From positions 3,311 through 67,310 of the forward strand of contig JAWKSK010000002.1 in assembly GCA_041389145.1 (NCBI GenBank): DNA of 64,000 nt, written 5' to 3'. The notes under the pieces are model-generated. The model was not told the DNA's origin. It saw only the letters and a program-made list of their open reading frames with translations, and searched no databases. Each line of letters starts with the position of its first letter. Position 1 is the first letter of the stretch. The translations under genes were made by a program, and so were the position numbers. Of this stretch, positions 57,974 to 64,000 are shown piece by piece. Source of the DNA: Patescibacteria group bacterium (GTDB lineage: Bacteria; Patescibacteriota; Kazan-3B-28).

Positions 57974-58887
57974 ATATCGTAAAATACAGAGCTTGGTGGT
58001 TAGGTTTCTCAGGATTGTTAGTAGTTGCTAGTTTGGCTGCTATCTTTACCTATGGTTACCGCTTGGGCATTGATTTTGCTGGTGGAACTAACCTTGAGGT
58101 TCAATTGAGAGAGATTAATACTGAAGCCCTAGAAACTGGACTTGAAGAGTACTTGGTTACAACTTATAAGGATGTAACTGGGTTTGATACCGCAGCTCAG
58201 AGTACTGGTGAGGATCGGTACTTATTGAAGAGTCAGGTAATTGATAACGACACCAAGAATAACTGGATTACCACCATCTCCGCCAACATGGCTGTGGATG
58301 AATTGCGGTTTGAAACAGTGAGTCCAGTAATTGGTGGAGAGGCAGTGCGTAAGACCATCTTGGCAGTGTTGCTCGCAATTATTGTGATCTTGTTGTACTT
58401 GGCATATTCTTTCCGTAAAGTTCCAAAGCCAGCTAGTGCTTGGAGATTTGGAGTAGCTACCATTATTGCTTTGACTCATGACGTTATTATTCTGATGGGT
58501 ACCTATGCAATCTTGGGTCAGTTCTTTGGAGCGGAAGTGGATGCCATGTTTATGACGGCCATGTTGACTCTGCTTGGGTTCTCTGTACATGACACCATTG
58601 TTACTTTCGATAGGTTGCGTGAGAACTTGATTCGTCAGGGTGGTGATAACTTTGCTACTAAGGTAAACAACAGTATTATCGAAACAATTACACGTTCGAT
58701 TAACACTTCCTTCACCGTGGTTCTAGTATTGTTGGCAATGGTATTGATGGGTGGTGGTTCTATCTTCTTCTTCACTCTGTCATTGTTGATTGGAATCATT
58801 ATTGGTACTTACTCATCTATCTTTGTGGCCTCCATGGTATTGCTGTGGTGGCAGTCCAGAGCAGAGCGAGCTTTGTTGAAGCAGTAA
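57952..58887 (+). CDS. secF: Protein translocase subunit SecF
   Basis: Conserved SecF core (IALTHDVIILMGTYAILGQ...), six TM helices; overlaps the secD end. Confidence 0.9.
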   Translation: MEWRKSMNIVKYRAWWLGFSGLLVVASLAAIFTYGYRLGIDFAGGTNLEVQLREINTEALETGLEEYLVTTYKDVTGFDTAAQSTGEDRYLLKSQVIDNDTKNNWITTISANMAVDELRFETVSPVIGGEAVRKTILAVLLAIIVILLYLAYSFRKVPKPASAWRFGVATIIALTHDVIILMGTYAILGQFFGAEVDAMFMTAMLTLLGFSVHDTIVTFDRLRENLIRQGGDNFATKVNNSIIETITRSINTSFTVVLVLLAMVLMGGGSIFFFTLSLLIGIIIGTYSSIFVASMVLLWWQSRAERALLKQ

Positions 58888-58900
58888 CTAAGTGTGAAAT

Positions 58901-58943
58901 AAAAAGTGGGAGTACGCGAGTTGCGTACTCCCTTTTACTTTAC
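58901..58943 (+). terminator. Rho-independent terminator after secF
   Basis: gggagtacgc gagtt gcgtactccc ttttactttacc. Confidence 0.65.
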
Positions 58944-59406
58944 CGTATCAAGAAGTGATTAAGTGCTGCATGGGGATTCTCTCCTTGGCATGCACAACCG
59001 AGCCAGACCCCACAGATAGGGAATTCATGGGATATCCAGTAGCGGTGTGAGGGCTACTTACCACGGATACAGGAACCCATCCACATATTGTGGCTTTGCT
59101 CGTCCAGTCTAATGAACGTGTCTGTGTATTCAGATAATCTCGTTCTTGATTCACCCCTGGCAATATATGCCATGCGATTCGGGCTTCGGCTCCCAAAGCT
59201 CTGGTGGAGTTGTTTTTGAGATATGCCTGATTCTCTCAAATGTTGCCGTCTATTACAGTCGCATCTCCGGTATGTCAGCCGATGCGATGAGGGTGGAGGT
59301 AAAAATGAGGTGCCGTGAGTAATATGTAGTACTAGAGCGGATTTTTATAGTCAATAAGACATCTTGGATTGACTATGCGATATGATCAATCGACAATATA
59401 GGTGGT

Positions 59407-59841
59407 TTGCAACTTACGGCCAAAGGAGGTGATAGTAAGTTGAAGTACCTTGGTATCACAATTGCTAGTGATCTTAGGATTACACGTGTTGATGTTATGG
59501 ACGAGACGATACCGCACTTATTGAATACGGGAATGATTTGTTTGGTGCGGAAAGACCTACCGGATAAGGATCAGAACAAGATCCACTATGTGTTGATCGA
59601 TGAAAATCGATCGCAGATGGTGATTAGCCGGTATTTTGACGAAGAAGGAGTCGAGTTAATCGCTAAAATTGCAATAGCGGTAATGCGTGATGAAGAAGCA
59701 AAGTTTGAACTTTCTGACATCATTTATGCATTACTGCCAATTGGAAGCGAAGACTCAAGATACTTCTCAGACCATCTGAAACTAATCATGTCGTCTCTGG
59801 CTGACATGATTAAGCACTATAAGATAGAGGTGGGTGTGTGA
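59407..59841 (+). CDS. Hypothetical protein
   Basis: 144-aa ORF with a GGAGG RBS (aaaggaggtgatagtaagTTG/ATG region); no motif recognised. Confidence 0.35.
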   Translation: MQLTAKGGDSKLKYLGITIASDLRITRVDVMDETIPHLLNTGMICLVRKDLPDKDQNKIHYVLIDENRSQMVISRYFDEEGVELIAKIAIAVMRDEEAKFELSDIIYALLPIGSEDSRYFSDHLKLIMSSLADMIKHYKIEVGV

Positions 59842-59913
59842 CAATGTGGACACTGGCAAATTAGTGGGTTGGATTCCTAATAGGTTCCAGCCCACTTTTG
59901 CTAATATATAGTT

Positions 59914-61602
59914 ATGGTGACAATTGCTGTGAATAAGGCCAACTGGGAGGTGGCAAGGTTTGTAGATGTACCAGCTGAGTTGGTGGATTACAATTTTGTA
60001 ATTGCACAGTTGTTGTTAAAGCGAGGGATTGATTCAAAGCAAGCAGCAGAAAGATTCCTGTCCCCGGACCTTACGAAGTTAGCAGATCCAAAGTTAATCG
60101 CTGGCCTGATAGTAGCGGTGGAACGGATTAGAAAGGCAGTTGAGAACCAGGAGCAAGTGGTGGTGTATGGTGACTATGATGTAGATGGAGTGACTTCATC
60201 TACGGTGCTAATTGGGGTGTTAAAGGAGCTTGGTCTAAAAGCCCAAGTATATCTACCAGAACGACTAAGCGAAGGGTATGGGCTTAATGCCAAGGCCTTA
60301 GATAAGTTAAAGGCAGCGGGATGTGAGCTAGTGATTACGGTGGATAATGGGACAGTGGCGGTAGATGAGATTGCACATGCTAACAGTCTGGGGATGGAGG
60401 TAATTGTAATAGACCACCATGAACCACACGGTGAGATGCCAGATGCTGTAGCGATAGTAAATCCCAAGTTAAAGGATAGTAAGTATCCATTTAGAGAATG
60501 TGCAGCAGTTGGGGTGGTGTATCATCTGGCTCGAGAATTAGTGGGTGAGGATGAGGCACAAAAATATTTGGATCTTGTTGCGATTGGGACGATTGCAGAT
60601 GTGGTTGGGTTAGTGGAAGACAACAGAGTGTTTGCGGTAGAAGGTTTGCGTCGATTGAACTCGACTACCAGACCGGGCTTGCGGTCGCTAATGGCAGTTG
60701 CTGGCATCGGCGAAAAGGAAGTAGAAGCCTATCATATTGGGTTTCAGATTGGTCCAAGAATTAATGCTGCAGGCCGGATAGATCATGCACGATTAGCATT
60801 TGATGTATTGAATGCAGAAGATGATAAGCAGGCTATGTTGGTGGCAGAACAACTGAATAATTTAAATAGTTCAAGGCAGGAGCTGTCTTCTCAAATGCTA
60901 ATTGCAGCACAGGTTCAAGCCGAGACCAGTAACAAGAAGGTAATTGTGGTGGGGAGTGAGAGATGGTCAATTGGAGTAGCAGGAATTGTGGCAGGAAGGT
61001 TGGTGGAGCAGTTTGCAAAACCAGCATTGGTATTTGAATTTAGAGATGGGAAGGCAAAGGGATCTGCAAGAAGTGTAGATGGAGTGCACTTAGTGGAGCT
61101 AATTAGTGAAGTAGAAGAATTGGTAGAGCAGTTTGGTGGTCATGCTAAGGCGGCTGGGTTAGAAGTGGAATTGGATAGGTTTGAAGAATTTAGAGTTGCT
61201 TTAGAAAACAAAGCAGATCAGATTGCAGATGAACTATTGGTTTCTAAAGTTAGCTTGGAAATGTGGTTGGCTGCAGATCAGATAAATATGGAACTCGCAG
61301 ATAGGTTAGAGAAGTTGGCACCATATGGGTTCGGTAATCCTACTCCAACGTTTGGAGTAATGGGGATGAGTTATGTAAGCTGTCAGCCATTTGGAAACGA
61401 TAGGTTTGCTAAGTTTTTGTTTAAAGATGATGGTGGGAAATATTTGGAGTTGGTGCATTTTGGGGAATGGAAGGAATTAGCTTTGGAAATGGAGGTGGGT
61501 AAGCGGTATGATGTCGCCTTTAATATGGGGGTATCGATTTGGAGAGATAGAAAGTTTTTACAGCTTAAATTAGTAGCAATTCGGGACCAGGCTAGCAATT
61601 GA
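59914..61602 (+). CDS. recJ: Single-stranded-DNA-specific exonuclease RecJ
   Basis: DHH motifs (VYGDYDVDGVTS; VIVIDHHEP), DHHA1 region, C-terminal OB-like domain. Confidence 0.9.
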   Translation: MVTIAVNKANWEVARFVDVPAELVDYNFVIAQLLLKRGIDSKQAAERFLSPDLTKLADPKLIAGLIVAVERIRKAVENQEQVVVYGDYDVDGVTSSTVLIGVLKELGLKAQVYLPERLSEGYGLNAKALDKLKAAGCELVITVDNGTVAVDEIAHANSLGMEVIVIDHHEPHGEMPDAVAIVNPKLKDSKYPFRECAAVGVVYHLARELVGEDEAQKYLDLVAIGTIADVVGLVEDNRVFAVEGLRRLNSTTRPGLRSLMAVAGIGEKEVEAYHIGFQIGPRINAAGRIDHARLAFDVLNAEDDKQAMLVAEQLNNLNSSRQELSSQMLIAAQVQAETSNKKVIVVGSERWSIGVAGIVAGRLVEQFAKPALVFEFRDGKAKGSARSVDGVHLVELISEVEELVEQFGGHAKAAGLEVELDRFEEFRVALENKADQIADELLVSKVSLEMWLAADQINMELADRLEKLAPYGFGNPTPTFGVMGMSYVSCQPFGNDRFAKFLFKDDGGKYLELVHFGEWKELALEMEVGKRYDVAFNMGVSIWRDRKFLQLKLVAIRDQASN

Positions 61603-61631
61603 TGGAGCTATCACTATAATAGGAAGAGACT

Positions 61632-62906
61632 ATGGCAAAAATGTTTCAAAAACCCAGGGGGACTCAAGATATTCTGCCAACGGATCAGAAGTACTGGTTT
61701 TTTGTAGAGGATAACTTTCGTGATGCAATGTTGTCGGCAGGATTTGGTCGGATTATGCTTCCGACTTTTGAAGATGCCAACTTATTCATCCGTGGGGTAG
61801 GCCAAGAAACTGACATTGTCAGTAAAGAACTGTATGAATTCAAAGATAAGAGTGGAAATAGCTTAGCTCTTCGTCCAGAAGGAACAGCTGGAGCAGTACG
61901 TGCTTATATTGAGAACGGAATGCATAAAGAACCACAACCAATTAAGTGGTTCTACTTCGCGCCAATGTATCGTTATGACAGACCACAGGCGGGTAGATAC
62001 CGTGAGTTCTATCAAGCAGGTGCTGAGTTAATTGGTGAGTTGGATCCTGCAGTAGATGCTCAGATTATTGCCTTGGCATATAAGTTCTACCAAAAGATTG
62101 GAATTGGAGATGTGGTAGTAAAGATAAATAGCCTCGGTGACACCAAGTCCAGAACCAAGATGAAGAAGGCATTGGTAGATTTCTTATCAGCACATAGGAA
62201 AGATTTGTGTAAGGACTGTAAGCGGAGAATGGTGAAAAACCCACTCCGAGTTTTGGATTGTAAGGAAAAAAGTTGCCAACCAATTGCCGATGAAGCAGGA
62301 AGTGTGTTGTTGGATAATTTGAATAAAACATCTAAGGATTTCTTTACTAAAGTTTTGGAATACTTAGATGAAATGGGAGTAAAGTACGAACTAACCCCAA
62401 GACTAGTTAGAGGGTTGGATTATTACACTCATACTGCATTTGAATTCTTTGCTAAAGAATCTGGTTTGTCATTAGGTGGGGGTGGAAGATATGACGAACT
62501 GGTAAAAACCTTGGGTGGTTCTGATGCACCAGCTATTGGATTTGCCTTAGGGGTAGAGCGCATGATTGATGTGATTAAGCAGCGCAAAATTGAAGTACCA
62601 GAACCAGTGATTGCAGAGGTATTTGTGATTCAGTTAGGAGATGAGGCAAAGAAAAAGGCAGTGGGTGTAATTTCTAAGCTTTCAGATGCTGGGTATAAGG
62701 TGGCACATGCGCTGGGTAAGGGAAATATTTCAGCCCAGATGAAGGTGGCAGATAAGATGGGTACTAAGATTGGAGTGATTATTGGTGAACGAGAAGTACA
62801 TGACGGTAATGTCATCATTAGAAACCTAATTGATAGAACCCAGGAATCAGTAGCGGATCGGGACATGGTAAAAATGTTGGAACGTAAACTGAAGGAGGTA
62901 AAGTAA
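61632..62906 (+). CDS. hisS: Histidyl-tRNA synthetase
   Basis: Class II motifs: RPEGTAGAVR, motif 2 YRYDRPQAGRYREFYQ, motif 3 GGGRYD; C-terminal anticodon-binding domain. Confidence 0.95.
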   Translation: MAKMFQKPRGTQDILPTDQKYWFFVEDNFRDAMLSAGFGRIMLPTFEDANLFIRGVGQETDIVSKELYEFKDKSGNSLALRPEGTAGAVRAYIENGMHKEPQPIKWFYFAPMYRYDRPQAGRYREFYQAGAELIGELDPAVDAQIIALAYKFYQKIGIGDVVVKINSLGDTKSRTKMKKALVDFLSAHRKDLCKDCKRRMVKNPLRVLDCKEKSCQPIADEAGSVLLDNLNKTSKDFFTKVLEYLDEMGVKYELTPRLVRGLDYYTHTAFEFFAKESGLSLGGGGRYDELVKTLGGSDAPAIGFALGVERMIDVIKQRKIEVPEPVIAEVFVIQLGDEAKKKAVGVISKLSDAGYKVAHALGKGNISAQMKVADKMGTKIGVIIGEREVHDGNVIIRNLIDRTQESVADRDMVKMLERKLKEVK

Positions 62907-63220
62907 TGACAGATGCAAAATGGGCAGAAGTCTTGGATCAAGTATCTGAGAACTTTGATGTAGAAGATCAGGGTAAGTATGAATTAGAGGATGTTCCTGG
63001 GGGAATGGTGGAATATGTTGAATTCGAATCCCCAATGGGCAAGGTGAGATTAGAAAGAAGTTCAACTCCTAGAGTTGAAGGAACCAAAGCTACTGGAGGT
63101 AGTAAGTATGGTGCAGGTTCTTATGTAGAGAAGGTTTACTCTGATACCGACGTAGTACACACCTTTAGTGCATTCAAGGAAGTAGACGGGGAGTGGGAAG
63201 CGTTCGAGTATGCAGGATGA
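62906..63220 (+). CDS. Hypothetical acidic protein
   Basis: 104 aa; start overlaps the hisS stop; overlaps the following nuclease gene by 11 nt (possible operon). Confidence 0.35.
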   Translation: MTDAKWAEVLDQVSENFDVEDQGKYELEDVPGGMVEYVEFESPMGKVRLERSSTPRVEGTKATGGSKYGAGSYVEKVYSDTDVVHTFSAFKEVDGEWEAFEYAG

Positions 63221-63890
63221 GCTAATTAGTGTTGAACGTCAGGAGGTGATAAAACTATCACCTAGTACTTTAAATTTGTATTTAGAGTGTCCAAGGTGTC
63301 TGTGGCTCAGTTGGCATCGAAAGATTAAAAGACCATCTGGAATTTTTCCATCATTGCCTGGGGGAATGGATTTGGTATTAAAAGAATATTTTGACCATTA
63401 TCGGGGTGGGGATAGTTTGCCACCAATTGTAGCTGATAAATTACCAGGGAAGTTAATGAATCCGCTGCCAAAAACCTTGATGTATAAAGATAGTCAAAGG
63501 CGAGCTATTCTAATTGGAAAACTAGATGATGCATTAGAAATTGGCGAAGGACTGCATTCTGTGATGGATCATAAGACCAGGGGATTTCCACCGAAGGATG
63601 GGATATTGTTTCCGTATCAATTACAGATGGACGTCTATGATTTCTTGATGCAAGAAAGTGGATTTCCAACAGACCACAGGGCCTATTTAGTGTATTACTA
63701 TCCAACTCCTGGTCAGTTGCACAATGATTTTCCATTTGTAGTGGAGGTGAAAGACGTATTGGCTAATCCAACTCGAGCTAAACAGGTATTTGAAGATACA
63801 GTGAAGATGTTGAGGGATAAGATGCCAGCTGCTAGTGATAGGTGTATATACTGTAATTGGGCAGAGCAGATAAATAATTTGGAGGTATAA
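63210..63890 (+). CDS. PD-(D/E)XK nuclease-superfamily protein, Cas4/RecB-nuclease-like with Cys cluster
   Basis: N-terminal CPRC plus C-terminal CIYC (Cas4-like 4Cys arrangement); core ...D-x13-(D)HK (LDDALEIGEGLHSVMDHKTRG) and YxY region. Confidence 0.5.
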   Translation: MQDELISVERQEVIKLSPSTLNLYLECPRCLWLSWHRKIKRPSGIFPSLPGGMDLVLKEYFDHYRGGDSLPPIVADKLPGKLMNPLPKTLMYKDSQRRAILIGKLDDALEIGEGLHSVMDHKTRGFPPKDGILFPYQLQMDVYDFLMQESGFPTDHRAYLVYYYPTPGQLHNDFPFVVEVKDVLANPTRAKQVFEDTVKMLRDKMPAASDRCIYCNWAEQINNLEV

Positions 63891-63893
63891 AGA

Positions 63894-64000
63894 TGGGAGA
63901 TTCAATTTTTCATAAATTTGTCAGTGGGGAAGTGAAGCCAACAACAAAGGTGTATTTTAACGATGAAGATGCTTTGGCAATTGACTCAAATTCACCGCAG
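63894..64000 (+). CDS. HIT-family (histidine triad) protein, 5' partial, continues beyond the window
   Basis: MGDSIFHKFVSGEVKPTTKVYFNDEDALAIDSNSPQ resembles HINT N-termini (IFxKIxxGEIP...VYEDDxxLAFxDIxPQAP). Confidence 0.5.

Noticed and set aside
58944-59406. RNase P RNA, tmRNA or SRP RNA in the secF-downstream gap
   Set aside because: Searched both strands by eye for the P4/CR-I AGGAAAGTCCGG and CR-V CCGGCTTA boxes, a tRNA-like GGTTCGAxTCC...CCA 3' end, and the SRP GGAAGCAGCC motif; none present. Retained only as an unassigned ncRNA candidate.

Overview
AT-rich (about 40% G+C by eye), tightly packed and largely co-directional bacterial chromosome segment. Gene content and organisation are most consistent with a reduced-genome CPR/Patescibacteria-like organism using the standard genetic code. 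Housekeeping genes present: tilS, ftsH, murJ, lepA, hrcA-grpE-dnaK-(lipoprotein)-dnaJ, recO, xer recombinase, recG, tyrS, PBP1A, tig, clpP, holB, rplK-rplA, rplJ-rplL, tgt, manC, secDF, recJ, hisS, a cell-envelope cluster (M23/LysM, LCP, HtrA) and a membrane GT2 glycosyltransferase. RNA genes: one lone 16S rRNA (no 23S/5S within 44 kb downstream) and eight tRNAs (CAT, Ala-TGC, Ile-GAT, Leu-TAG, Thr-GGT, Tyr-GTA, Thr-TGT). No CRISPR array, reverse transcriptase or transposase was seen. Several short genes with visibly higher G+C than their neighbours interrupt otherwise universally conserved operons. The most interesting are: (1) an OLD-family ABC-ATPase/TOPRIM nuclease whose ATG abuts the tig stop codon, inside the tig-clpP operon; (2) a dUTPase / Tmk-like kinase with a degenerate P-loop / ThyX module plus a Cys/His-rich protein splitting rplKA from rplJL; (3) a CYTH-AAA_28 (NadR-kinase-like) fusion divergent from a wHTH-Nudix (NrtR-like) gene beside the 16S gene; (4) a small ParB/Srx-like protein divergent from tgt where rpoBC would normally follow rplL; (5) a GC-rich secreted protein, a tRNA-adjacent GC-rich ORF, a promoter/56-aa basic sORF/terminator unit missing from the ORF track, and a Met/Asp-rich acidic micro-protein. 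All G+C statements are by-eye estimates, not computed.
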